The notes under the pieces: model-generated
What the model was told of the DNA's origin: nothing
What the model saw: the letters and a program-made list of their open reading frames with translations, nothing else
Databases searched by the model: none
Translations under genes and position numbers: made by a program
Source of the DNA: Halocafeteria seosinensis
Taxonomy: Eukaryota
Direction: 5' to 3'
Length of the DNA stretch: 62,879 bases
Assembly (NCBI GenBank): GCA_001687465.1
Contig: LVLI01000152.1
Span: 1-62,879, forward strand
Shown: one piece after another, positions 24,496 through 37,405 of the stretch
Layout of the letters: each line of letters opens with the position of its first letter
Position numbering within the stretch: position 1 is the first letter of the stretch

Positions 24496-26480
24496 ATGGC
24501 TACGTACAATCCCTCGCGACAGGTGGAATGGCTGCATCAGAGATCACGATTCACAATGTATGCGCGAAACGTCATCGGGAAAATGTTGAAGTTAATACGG
24601 TTCCTCCTCTGATGGGCATGTGCGCAGATCCGGAGGTGGCGCTACCTCTGAATTTCCGAATAATATTGGTTCATCGGATTCCTTACGATGGGCAGAAGGT
24701 TGCATGGCATGGGGTGGTGTCTTCGCTTTGATAGGTTTGGTGACAAGGTTAGTGTGACTGTCTACAGTGGGCCTTATCCAGGAATCTTGATTTTCTTTCC
24801 TTTGCCTGATCCTCAAACAGTCTGTTTATCTTGCTTGGATATCTTTTTGCCCTTTGTTGCTCTTGCAAGCCATGCTCATCGAAAAAGAAAGATGAAACAA
24901 ACCGGAAAACGTTGTCAAACTCGATAAACCAGAAGAATTCGGAAGCATGGGCGTATAACCGGAAACTGTACCTGATCACCTTAGGAAGCGTTTTCATCTT
25001 CCTTGTACTGACATTCACGACGTTCTACCCCGTAACCTCATTCTTCGATGATGGGATAAACCGGGCATTAGATGGGATTGAGAGTGCCCAACGCACGCTG
25101 CAAAGATTGATCAATGTAGCTACAAGCTTAATTGGAACTTTGACTACCTTAGAGAAAACAACCAGAGATGCGGCTAATGTCGCTGAGAACGAAGATAGCG
25201 GCAATGCCGCGGGGCTGCTCATGCAATTCTCAGGAGACGTTAACGACACCAAGGACATTGCTCAGCAGGGAATATCTGCAGCCCGAGACCTATATGAATC
25301 GCTGGACGATGTCGTGAGCGATGGGCGGGATGCATCGGATGAGTACGCTAAGAAAATAGCTTTCAGCTACGTAGCTATACTATGTGTGAGTACAGTCATC
25401 TTTCTTATCACGCTGATTCCGAAGAAGCTATGCTCATTGCCCTACAAAGTCATCGGTGTCCCCCTAAACACAGTGTTTCTGCTCCTGTTGTGTAAGTTGG
25501 GTTGAGATTATCCTCGAAGTCGTAGGCATTGATTTAGGTCATCTGCAGGGACGTTCACTGGAGTATATCTTGTGGTTGGAATGATGAGTGCGGACTTCTG
25601 CATTAAACCTAATCAGAATACAATAGAGCTATTTGAAGCTTCGGTGGGACCAAACAGTGCGAGTACTCAATCTGTCAGGTATTATCTTAGTTGTGACCCG
25701 ACTTCTCCAGAAGGTAATATAACACAGAGTGATGGTAGGTGTGACGGACCTTGAAAACATGACTGTTCATGCTCACCGGAACACGAGGAATCTGTATCCA
25801 GGTGTACGCTACGATGTCCGGGAAACCGTTACGGAGACCCAGCGACTCGAAACAGCTTATGAGAAGACTATCGAAGACGTTAAGGACGAAATCGAGAATG
25901 ACAATGCACAGAGGGCTGTTCTGACCGTGTTCAGAGAGGTTAACAGCACCCTCCAAGGTGCATTAGACACTGTTCTGGAACTGGACGATATTGCAAGTTG
26001 CAGCAGTATTCGCAGGACATGGGATATTTTTATCGTAAGAGCTAAGGAGCTTCGTATTGTTGAGCACCCGAGCCACCTGATCTTTCCACTTTGCTCCCCT
26101 CGCAGGATGCGCTATGTGAACATTTCATTAGTGACGGTGTAATTGTAGGTTGCCTCCTCGATGTCTGTTCCTCTGTCAAACTGTCTCTTCAAATCCTCTA
26201 AAGTGCAGACGTTGTTCGGCCTTCAAACTTGTATGAGTGTTATGCTCATTTTCATCATGATATTTGGGTGGAGCTTTTGCATTCGCCATCCGTCGAGGAC
26301 CTTCCAGCCAGAAGAAAAACAGCGTCTCATACCTGAAGATGTCCAGGTAAGTGTCCCGAGTGTTAACCGTAGCCGGAAGGCTTTAGAGTGGCATACCGTG
26401 TTAATCTGCAGGAGGATTGGAACAATAACCCTATAAAAGGCCAGACACCACAATCACCAGAGAAGCCAGCAAACGAGTGA
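24496..26480 (+). CDS. Tweety-like protein, copy 2
   Basis: MATYNPSRQVEWLHQRSRFT; same motifs and intron set as copy 1. Confidence 0.88.
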
Positions 26481-27058
26481 TGTCACTGATGTGTCAATGA
26501 ACCCTAAGTATTGTGTTGGTCTACTTTGCTAACCAGCTCTATAGCACCAAGCAGTCCACTCCTACAGTGTACTATTTTGCTTCTTGCTAATACAATACAA
26601 TACACACCAGTTTGGGAGGAAGTTGCGGTGTTATCCCGTCAGTGATTTCACCAGAAGTTACAAGGAACATTACCATTCATGGTCGGTGGAGAGTCAACCA
26701 GCGGCAACGTACGGGGATTAACCCCGCCTAGATCCCATACACAGCAAATACTTTACCTTTGGTTAAAAGGAAGCTGCGACCTTGTGACCAGTGTGTCAAT
26801 TCAAGATGATCGACTTGTGAAGCTCGCCACGGACCAGCTGATGAGTCATCACACACAGTGACGCAACTATGCCACAGCTGATAGTGTTGTTGTCTCTCAT
26901 TGAATTGCGCACTGCCAAATAGTTTGATTTACTAGCTGAACTTGAACATAGAAATTGCACCTGGCCTTTGCCGTAAAGCACCTTCCTGCAGAAGGTATAC
27001 AGTAGTTCTTCGAACTTCAATGTATGGTCGGTCGTAATACTCATAAAACGACGAGGCG

Positions 27059-29343
27059 ATGGGTAGTGGGGAATCATATGAACCATCATGGAGGGTGAAA
27101 TGGCTTCATATGCGTCCAAGATTCACATTGTAAGTGGTCTCAAAAGATCAAGTCTGACTCACCCTCTGAGGATGACTTCGTTCAAGTTCAAAGTTCTTGC
27201 GGAAGTGTACCCCGGTTCACATACAGTACGTAATACCTGCCGCAGCTCGCTTGAAGCGGCATCTAATGAATTTCCTAACAGCTTCGAAAGCAAAGACGAA
27301 TATCATAATTGGTTCGAGGGTTGCCAAGCCTGGGCTGGAGTCCTTTCTATGGTCGGGCTCATTCTTGGGTATGTGTGCAACTGGATGTTCTCCACGATCA
27401 CTCAATGACTTCTACCAATGTTATGAACAGCGCCGTATTGACGGTGGGATACTTAGGAGCAGCGTTTGGTAGTCGTTCAATTTGCTCAGCAAAGTCGAAA
27501 GATCGGAAGAAACTGAACCAGCTGTATACGTCTCTGGAGCGGGAGGACTTCTCGGAAACGAGTTCGAGTTCTAGAGACCGCTCTTCAACTGTGTCTTCTT
27601 TACCAGGAGCGTCGAGTAGTAAACAACGAGAATGTGCCTATAATAGGCGACTTTATGCAGTTACTATGATACTCCTGTTCGCATTCTTAGTCCTGTCGAT
27701 ATCTACTTTTATCCCTGTTACGGCAGTTTTCGATGATGGGATAAATCGAGGATTGGACGGAATCGAAAGTGCGCAAGGAATTCTTCGACGCCTTGTCGAT
27801 ATTGCACAACAGGTTGTTGGACAGTTGGAGCAGATCGAAGAGCAGTCAAGGGAGTTGGCAGATGAAGCAGAAAGAGCGAGAGCAGATGATGCAGCGCAAA
27901 ATCTAAGAAACTTTGCGGATGCAACGGAGGATCCCCAAGCAAGTGCAAGTCAAGCAATCTCCTCCGCTAAAGATCTGGACCAAAGGTTAAACACAATCGT
28001 AGAAGGAGGGAGGTCTGCATCTGATAAATATGCTTTTAGGATCGCGTACTCCTACGTTGCAATTATGTGCACAACCAACTTAATATTCCTTGGCACATTG
28101 ACGCCCAGGAAAGGGTTCGCTCTACCGTACAAAGGTTTCGGAGTTCCATTGAATATTCTATTTTTTGTGTCGCTATGTACGTGGAGTAGGATGATACTTG
28201 TTCTCTGGTGCGGAATTTTATTTTCTTGACTACTTGTCTCCCAGGGGTTACCACTGGGTTATACCTGATGTTCGGATTAATGGCCGCTGACTACTGCATT
28301 GAGCCGAATCGCAACACAATTGAACTGTTTCAATCGCATGCTGGGCCGAAAAGCTCCAGCGCTCAGACAGTGACCTATTATCTTAGTTGCCAGCCTGGGA
28401 CCACTGAAGATATCTCGGATGACGATGGTACGTTCTTGAGATTCCACAAAAATTCCTTTCTGACAGTTCATTGCACACACTTACTGTTCGTTCGACAAGT
28501 TGCAGGCTTACGATATCAAGTTCGTGCCGCTGAGGAACGAACGGAATTTCTTGCTCGCCGTTTTCAGGAGACCTTCGAAGACCTGAAACAGAACACGGAG
28601 GGGCATGGACATGGGCAAAGAGTAGTCGAAGAGTTCAAGCAATTGAACAGTACCGTCCAAGATACCGTGCAGGCATCGCGAGAACTTGATAACCTTGCGA
28701 GCTGTCATAACATACGCACCACCTGGTATATACTCCTAGTAAGGCAAAATCCAACACCGCTCGATGGAACATGGATTCTATGATTTGTCGAATAATTGCA
28801 GGATGCGGTCTGTGGAAGTTTCATCAGCGACGGCATAATTGTGAGTTTGCTTAAACACCCGTTGCATTACTGCATCACCGTGAGTGATAACCAAATTTTG
28901 ACCTTTTTCAGACTCTATTTTGTATTCAAAATGTGATGCTAACTTTTCTAACATTCATTTTGCTCTTCGGGTGGAGCTTCTGTGTTCGGCACCCCTCTAG
29001 AAAGTTTGATATGGATGTCACTAGGGAATTCCATGCTGATGACAACCTCAAATGTATTACTTTGGAGAACATCCATGCGGTACATGAAGTAAGTGTGCTA
29101 CCACTAACACTCTCAATCGAGGAGTGCCACACAAAAAATGTCATCGCAGGATGAGCGTCAAGACCCGACGGTCGGACCAAAAGCAAGAGAAGCGTAAGTG
29201 CCACTCCTCTCGCTTCAACAACGTGCTTTACCACAAAAAATTTTCTGTTGCACAGCTCTGAAGACCTTCGCATTGTCGTGTCTTCAGACTTCCCTGGAGG
29301 CGAAAACAACCCTGACGAAAGTACCCCTCTCGGTGCTCAGTGA
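27059..29343 (+). CDS. Tweety-like protein, copy 3 (Ser-rich insert in first cytosolic loop, longer C-tail)
   Basis: MGSGESYEPSWRVKWLHMRPRFT; ADYC, YYLSC, ASC, DAVC and FGWSFCVRHP. Confidence 0.86.
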
Positions 29344-29459
29344 TCAGCCGGCTAGCAGCCTCATGTTGGCACAACCATGGCATTTGAGGACGTGCTTCTG
29401 TTGACACTTGTGGTAAGCTATGGACTACTGGAAAAAATGACACAAGTTCTCCCGAGGAT

Positions 29460-30092
29460 TCTGGCGAGGAATACCGGTAATTATACCTACGCCTCCAGTG
29501 TTGTAAAGCATGGCAACGCAGGCGGAATTATAGGATATGTAAAGAGTGAACTTTTGGATAATGTCCATGTGTACAATGACAAGAGAATTGTAGGATCGGA
29601 CTCGAGGAATCACCTAACTGGCGGAACCACCTGGAATGCCAACGATCTAGATCACATACGCGGTCAACTGTATCATCTTAATGGTATCCCGGCTTGGGAT
29701 GGTGGGTCCTGGGGTATCTGCGGAAGAAAGAGGAAACTTGTCAGTTCTCACCTTCTAACTACCGTGTCCAAAGCCTACTTCATCACCTGCTGTAAGCACT
29801 GGTACTCCCTCTCCTCTGCCACAAGAACTGCCCTAATATCAAGTGTGAGCACTACTTTGGCAGCGGTGTCCTCCAATGGTTCACCGACTACAAAATCGGA
29901 TGACATCGAAATCCCTCTGCCAGCTCCAACGCGGTCGAGGTGGAGGGACTTCCGCACGAAGAAGAGAAAAACCAAATAAAAAATGCAGACGATGAAATAG
30001 AGGACCGGGCAGGTACTGGTGATGACGTCAGTAATGACGAACATTCGGCTGAAAGCTCTCCCTCGTCTGGTACGGATACTACTGTTCTCTGA
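29460..30092 (+). pseudogene. Possible decayed 3' fragment of a surface protein (GLUG-like motif plus Ser/Thr/Pro stalk)
   Basis: NAGGIIGYV and AWDGGSWGICG, then in another frame LPCPKPTSSPAVSTGTPSPLP, with stops and frameshifts. Confidence 0.3.
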
Positions 30093-31274
30093 CTGTCATA
30101 CTGGTCGCGGCGAGTAATCGGTTTGGTTCTTGGAGACAAGTTGGAGTATGGTACCACGTTAAGGGGTCGCGCTTGTACACATCTCAGACGACAGCGGTAT
30201 GTGATCGAAGCTGAAGCAGACGTAGAGATGCATAATCCCCTCACGTTAGGAAAGAAGAGCAATCCTTCGCCAGAATAATCTTTAGTATCGAACATCCATC
30301 CAAGGATCATCGCTATACAGGTACAACATCATTGGCATTGCGGCATCCTATACTTCTGAGAGTCTGGTACCAACGCAGTCGGTGGAAGCATTAATATATC
30401 TATGCCGAAGAGATTAGGGAACACTGCTGGTTACCATGCGAGTATATTTGCCCTTGCGTATACTAAGCCTCTCACTCGAAACTTCCAGTACGGTACTTTC
30501 TTCTTGAAGTATGCGTGAACCAACTTACGGTATTCTTGAGCACCCTACCAAGCGTTCATGGTTCCATTGAATATTCAATTATTTATTTATTTATTTTCCG
30601 CTGCATACGCGGAAAATGATGCATGAATGTTGATATCCCTTGTCTCTCGGGCTGGTTTATGGCTCAAGGGCGGCCGACTAGTATTGCGCTCGAGCTGACT
30701 CGCAAGGCCGGTTGTACCGTACTTGTGTATCGGTAGTGCGTAGCCGGTATACCGAATGAATGTCAGAGGATTGAGACACAGTCCACGGCACGAGACTTTG
30801 ATAACTAGTTCTGTGGAATGTTTTGTATATTACTACCAAGCCACGAGAATACCAATACCGTGCGCCTCTTCACTTTTCGCATCGTAAATTCACAACTCCG
30901 TTCACTTTGTCGTAGGTGGCGGCGAACACGTGTAATTCTACGTGGTAAGGCATTAGCCAGCATTTTCACCACGTATATAGGGTCGTTCCGGAGAATTGCT
31001 GGCTACGTGCGCCATTTAGGACTTGTTCCACCCCGTTGTGGACGGTGGACATCACCAAGGGGGAAGGAAGGCCGTCCTCAAGTGCGTCAGCGGCGCAGCG
31101 CTGTGGGCTGCCTTGTCCCACCGTATTCAGAGCTCCTGTAGCAGAAGGAGCTGGTATATTACTGTTCAGGGACAAATGCTTGCCAGCTTGTCACCCATCA
31201 TTCTTCCTTTCGCACTGCTAGAATTCGCAGAACGCACCGGTTGAAGCGAACTGACGGAAGCTACCGGGTAGACG

Positions 31275-33302
31275 ATGACGGTGACCGAAACATACAAGCC
31301 GTCTGACAAAGTCATATGGCTTCATGGAAGGACGCGTTTTACAGCGTACGGTAAAGACAAGTATAACTCGGGTTGTTCGAAACACTTGGAACTTGTTGCT
31401 TTTGACTGCGTGTGCAGATCATTCGAACCTGCAACCAATGAGTTTCCCAGTTCCTTGAAATGGGACGGTGAGTCTCGTGAGTGGATGGAAGGCTGCGTAA
31501 CATGGGGTGGAGCGTTTGCGCTTCTTGGCTTAGTATTATCGTAAGTTTTTACACGAACTGTAAGCAGCGGCAACTCAGGACGCATAACTCCCAACTCCGT
31601 ACTCATGCAGGGGATTGTTCCTGCTCGGTTACATAATCTCTCTGTGTTGCTGCTTTCGTTATTGCTCAGCGAAGAAGAAAGATGCTGCTAACATGGCGAA
31701 ACTCTCTTGCAAGGGCACTGCTAGCGATAGAGAAAATGCGTCTTTGGCAGGACCGCAACCTATTGCATGGGCGTACAATAGAAAACTTTACTTACTGACT
31801 TTAGGTAGCGGCGTGGTTTTTCTACTCCTCGCGTTAACAACGTTCTATCCAGTTACGGCATTTTTCGACGACGGAGTTAATCGATCTTTAGACGGGATCG
31901 ATAGCGCACGAGCTCTGCTGCAACGTCTGATCGATGTCGCGAACCAAGTAATTGACCTGTTGTCCGGGGTTGAACAGAAAACTAGGGACATTGCTGATGA
32001 CGTACCCCAAAGCAGTGACGTCCACGACTTTCTTATCGACTTTGCTAATGCGGCCGAAGCACCACAGCAGAGTGCTGAGGATGGGATTGTGGCAGCGGAG
32101 GGACTCGAGGACCGGCTAAGGAATGTAGTAAGCGACGGCCGTGATGCCTCGGACACCTACGCGACAAAGATTGCCTTCACTTACGTGGGAATTCTGTGTT
32201 TCTCTATGTTAATTTTTCTCGTGACGCTGATTCCTTGGAAGCTCTTTTCATGTCCTTACAAAGCTGTCGGAGTCCCCCTCAATTTGGTTTTTTTGTTCCT
32301 TCTATGTAAGTCCCAAGACAACCATACTGACATTTCGGCTATTAAATCTATATTCATTTGCTGGTTACAGGGACTTTTACTGGAATCTACCTCGTCATTG
32401 GTTTGATGAGTGCCGATTATTGCATGAGACCGAATGAGAATACTATTGAACTGTTTGAATCGTCCGCGGGACCCAACAGCAAAAGTACCCAATCGGTGAG
32501 ATACTACCTCAGCTGTGACCCGACTTCACCAGAGCGCAATATCACGAAGAATGATGGTATGTGCCATTATTCGGGAGTATAACCTACCCAATTGATTTAT
32601 TTTGCCTTTTACGATGTCTATGCAGGTGTACGCTACGACGTTCGTCAAACCGTAGTGGAAACAGAAAATTTCGCGGTAGACAAGTTCGAAGAAACAGTAC
32701 GAAAAATCGAGGATGAGGCGGACAGCAATGCTGAAGAGAACGCCGTCGAGAGATTTAAAAGGCTCAACAGCACCCTTCAGGATACATTAAATGTAGTTCG
32801 TGAGCTCGACGATATTGCTAGCTGCAGCAGTCTTCGTGCAACCTGGGACATCTTCGTCGTAAGTGCTTGCAGGACTAGCTGAGTAGATTCGCGAACCCTA
32901 TGGTTTCTTGTACTGGTATGAACATACAGGACGCTTTTTGTGACAAATTCATTAATGACGGAATCATCGTGAGTGTCGCCGGCCTGAGACTTATCACCGT
33001 TCTGGGTGCAGCTGTTACAAACCGGTTATCATGCAGACGTTATTCGGCATCCAAACATTTATGGCGGTGACGCTCACGGCTATTATGGGCTTCGGATGGA
33101 GCTTTTGCATCCGCCACCCATCCAGAACTTTTAAGAATCTCAGGAAACAATGGATTACTGCAGAGGAACTTCCCGCAGATCTACGAGTAGATGTGAGTAT
33201 AATGAGATTCGCCACACTATTTGCTGGGCAATTCATGCCCATATCAATATGTTTTAATGCCTGCAGAATCAAAGCGCCGGAGATAACTATTTGGGAGAGT
33301 AA
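31275..33302 (+). CDS. Tweety-like protein, copy 4
   Basis: MTVTETYKPSDKVIWLHGRTRFT; CCCFRYC; ADYC, YYLSC, ASC, DAFC and FGWSFCIRHP. Confidence 0.88.
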
Positions 33303-33660
33303 GTGGAGTAAGCAGACAATCTACCATCTCATTTCAAGGTTTGGAGGATTTCTATAATCAACTTTCAGACACGAAGCACAAGGCGCTAGCGTTGTCCCTC
33401 CACGAGCGGACGACGGCTTTGCGTTGGCAGGAGCTGAATCATACACAGAACCCGCACTAGATAATAAAGAAAATAACCGCCATCATTATTGGTAGCCGCA
33501 AATTCTGTAGGTCACCGAGCACGCAATTAACATGGAATATTCTTACGCAAGTGTATTTCATCTACCATATGTACCAGTGTTGATATGCGAGAATAGCAGC
33601 TGGAGTGAAAACCGGCACCAGACCGCTCTTACCCTGCGGCAGCGATGCGATTCTTGTCAG

Positions 33661-35584
33661 TTACCCTGTCCCTCGAGGGATGTCGGATACAGAAACTCCA
33701 CCCAAAAGCTAAGATGAAAAACAGCAAGGCACCCATTATGGTCTGCAACGCAAAAAGAACCTGTAGCCGAAGAGAACGATGTAATCAATGATATTTATTC
33801 AATCCAGAGGTTGGGAAAATAGCACTTACTACTACACCATCACTGATTACATCTTCGCACAAGGCTTCCTGCACAACACATACTCATGAAACATTAGGAA
33901 ACGTATCGAGCAGGATTACAATTCCAAATTGTACATACAACAAAAATGAAAAAGATAGGTTGCACATTCCCACAGCGGAAGTCGTCGTCCAACTGTTCCA
34001 GCTCGTCCAGAGCTGGGTTTAACGAGTCATTTCTCAAACCTGAAAAATCCTCGATCATTGCATCAGTACCATGTTCCTCTACTGTATCAAGGGCCTCTTC
34101 ATATCCATTGTTCAGTAAATCCCGCGTGCTGTTAAGAGTGTCAAAGATCTTGAATCGCAAGCCTGATGCATAGCACAATAGCCACACTACACGATGGACA
34201 CGGAAATCTGCTCATGGCTTTGTTAAGTACGACGTACCGTCGTCCGGTTGGGGCTCATAATCTTTGTCAGAAGGGTTGCAGGTTAGGTAAAAACGGATAG
34301 AATCCACTGCATCTCCCGATGATCCTGCAGCGGATTCGAATATGTTCAGCGAGTTCGAAACAGGTTCAACGCAGAAATCAGCAAACGCTATTCCAGTGGA
34401 CAATATCACGCCCGTGAAAATCCCTGCGATCGCACCCCATTAATGAAGTTCCTATAAAACTAGGGGCTCCCGCAGAAATTCCAGTTAAATACTTACAGAG
34501 TATCAAAAAAAAGAGCATGTTGATAGGCACACCAATCCCCTTATATGTGCACGAACATATCCTCATCGGAACCAGCGTCACCACGAATATAACCATAGTA
34601 GCGCACATCGCCCCCGCGTAAGCAAATGATACAGTTCTCGCATACGTATCTGATACATCTCGTCCGTCGCTCACAAGGGTATCAAGGTCTTTTGCAACAG
34701 ATGCGGCAAGATCGTCACTATTCTTAGCAATCTTTATGGTGGCGTTGACGCTGTTTCCAAACTTTTCCATTGCAGTCTCTACTTCATCGTTATTGTTTTG
34801 TCCAGCTTCGATATCTATTTCTGCGCTAACACTCGCAGAGATCGCTAATTTGTCCGAAATCTCTGTCATTGCAGAAGTAACGTCCTTGAATTTGCCTTGT
34901 GCCTGCTCTACACCATCCAAACCCCGGTTGTAGCCATCATCGAAGGATGTGATCGGAGCGAAAGTAGATGCCGCGAAGACAAGAAACACGAGTGAAAGAA
35001 GGAGTGTTATCACATAGTAGCGCTTATTGTAACCTTTAGGGTTTTGAGTGTTCTCGTCAAACTCCTGTCGATCGCGTTTTTCCCGGGAAAGACAGCAACA
35101 AGAAGCGAAGTACCTGGTCCGCAAGTGCAGTCGAGCCACTTCCATACGATGAAGGAAACGAGCTCGTTGCATAAATTCATGTACTTACCCAACCAATATA
35201 ACCACTAAGAGAACCACTCCTATCACCGCAAAAATAAGCGTCCACATCCCTACCCCTTCACCTGCAAGAAAACTACCCAACAAGTCTGTTCGCTAACGCG
35301 CGAGATGACAATCAAGATCAGTTAACTTACCCCATTCTTGTAAGGCCGTCTGGTCGGTCACTGAGGAGGGAAATTCGCTCGGAGCGGATCCAAATGAGCT
35401 GCAAGTGAACACACACTCACAAGGAAGTGAACGTGGCGGTTTTGCTGGCAGCGACCAAACGCTCAGGTCGCAGCAGGGCGAATACGGTGTGACGCAATGC
35501 GCACGGATGACTATAAGCCATGAACACATACAAGCTGTAGCGCGGCCTCTCGTGGAGCCATTCCACTCGCGAAGAAGGTTCCAT
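33661..35584 (-). CDS. Tweety-like protein, copy 5 (inverted); exact 3' end uncertain
   Basis: MEPSSRVEWLHERPRYSL; FADFC, FYLTC, DFRC, EALC and FGWSFCIRHPSRTG. Confidence 0.85.
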
Positions 35585-36730
35585 TGTATTCGTGTAGATA
35601 CCTGTTCCAGGTTCTCTGTAACTGTGCCAAAAACGCGCGACGTCGCTAACGCTAGCTAGCTCAAGGAAGGAGTCCTCTTCCCTTCTCTAAGCACAATAGT
35701 ATCACACCGCAAAGAAGTAGAGAGATTACAATAATAATGAATGCAGTAAGTACTCTCGCGTAATCAATCAAACCATCACGATACTAGATCTAGGAACTTC
35801 GAACCGACGGAGCTCAGTCAAACTAGCCAGGTCAAAGCACAGCAACTGTCGTCGGCTTGCTCGTTGCTTCAACCGATGGCCACCAGACACGGTGATACCA
35901 CCAGGGTCCCATCAATGACACTTTGTGATCCACTGATTCCCACTCTGGGCACGCCTCAACGACTTCAGGCCCCAAGAATTTCTTCTTCCGCCAACAAAAA
36001 CTCAAACTCGCCAACCCCCATCGGGATTCCTGGAGCACTCCACCGCTGCGGGGTAGCTGGGACGGATTGTGTGTTGCAGAAATCCAAGACTCAGGTCCAA
36101 AACCCAGAGACCTCGACGCCCATGGGAACGTAAACAGTAAGTGTACAAAATGCAGCGCAAAATGGAAGAACCTAGTCGTGGAGCACTATTTTATGAATGT
36201 TGTCCGCATACATACGCCCAATCGTCTTATTCTGTTCACTCCATACTTGGTCCCAAATCACTGGGAAGATCGGGCCGGAATCTATGCTGCAGTCAAGAAA
36301 TGTAGACTCTACCAAGCCCTGAGAGGCAGAGCGATTATTTAATTACCATTCAATAGTAACACTTGAGAATTTTGGTTTTGGTGTATGTCTCCACAGCAAT
36401 CAGTCGCCAAGAAAAGCGTCTCATCAGCTGCAGCTTATCGCACCCGCGGCTATCTTCCACAAGAGCGGCTACCACTTTGCCATAGAGTTCTCGACTTAAT
36501 CTGTGCTATAAAGGGGATTACTGCTCGAGGATAAGCGCAATCACTGGGGTTGCTCGCGGTAGCTTAACGTGAGGTACCGACATTCCAATGTGTCGCGATC
36601 ATGTCCAAAGGCTTCACTGGCAACGCATTATGCCTTTTCCCCGGCCTATGCTGTACCCGTTGTTGCTCACTCCGTATTCATTTAGTCTCTCGTGGTCTTT
36701 TGTTTGGCAACAGGTAAAGCATTCAAATCC

Positions 36731-37114
36731 TTAACCCCATGCTTTGGTAATTGCGTAGTTGATCACCAGTTCATCTCTCATTTGGAAGTTCTGCAAATTT
36801 CACAATTAAACCCCACAGGGAAAATCCTTCCAGGATAGTGAGTGATGTAAACTCATTGGGCCTTGGTTACACTGTATACGGCATACCTGGTACAAATCTC
36901 CCAAAAGTTGATCGGGGGCGGGGCTGAAATTCGACTGGCAAAACAAGTACAGGGCGTCATCTTCCGCCAGCTCGTCCTTGAGGGATTTTCGCACGAATTT
37001 GATCACTTGGGCAAAGGGTTCTTGACCACTTATCTTGAATTTATCCTTACGTAAGATAGGAGCTCCTCCCACGGGCCGTAGATGGAGCTTCACGGACGCG
37101 TCGGAAGCCGCCAT
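36731..37114 (-). CDS. ATG12: Ubiquitin-like autophagy protein ATG12 (2 exons)
   Basis: VKLHLRPVGGAPILRKDKFKI...LYLFCQSNFSPAPDQLLGDLYQ spliced to NFQMRDELVINYAITKAWG*, ending in the diagnostic AWG. Confidence 0.95.
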
Positions 37115-37405
37115 TACACAGCACCAGTACTCTTGTTTGAGAGAAGGAGCACAAACCAAAAGAGAGGGGTCTTCTCTCTGGCTCTGGAGCTCGAACAAGA
37201 CCACATAAAGACAACAATGTGGGGATAAAGAGAAGGACTTCTACTTCAACTTGGGCCTTAAGCCAGTACAGTACTTCAGGGTGAAATTTGACAGTGGCTA
37301 CTGGCCACAGGGGGTGTATTCCTTGTAAGGGGGTGGATTTATCACCGCGGCTAAGAAACAGTTACATGTATACGCATGTCTCGCTGTTGTGTTATACGCT
37401 TCCAT

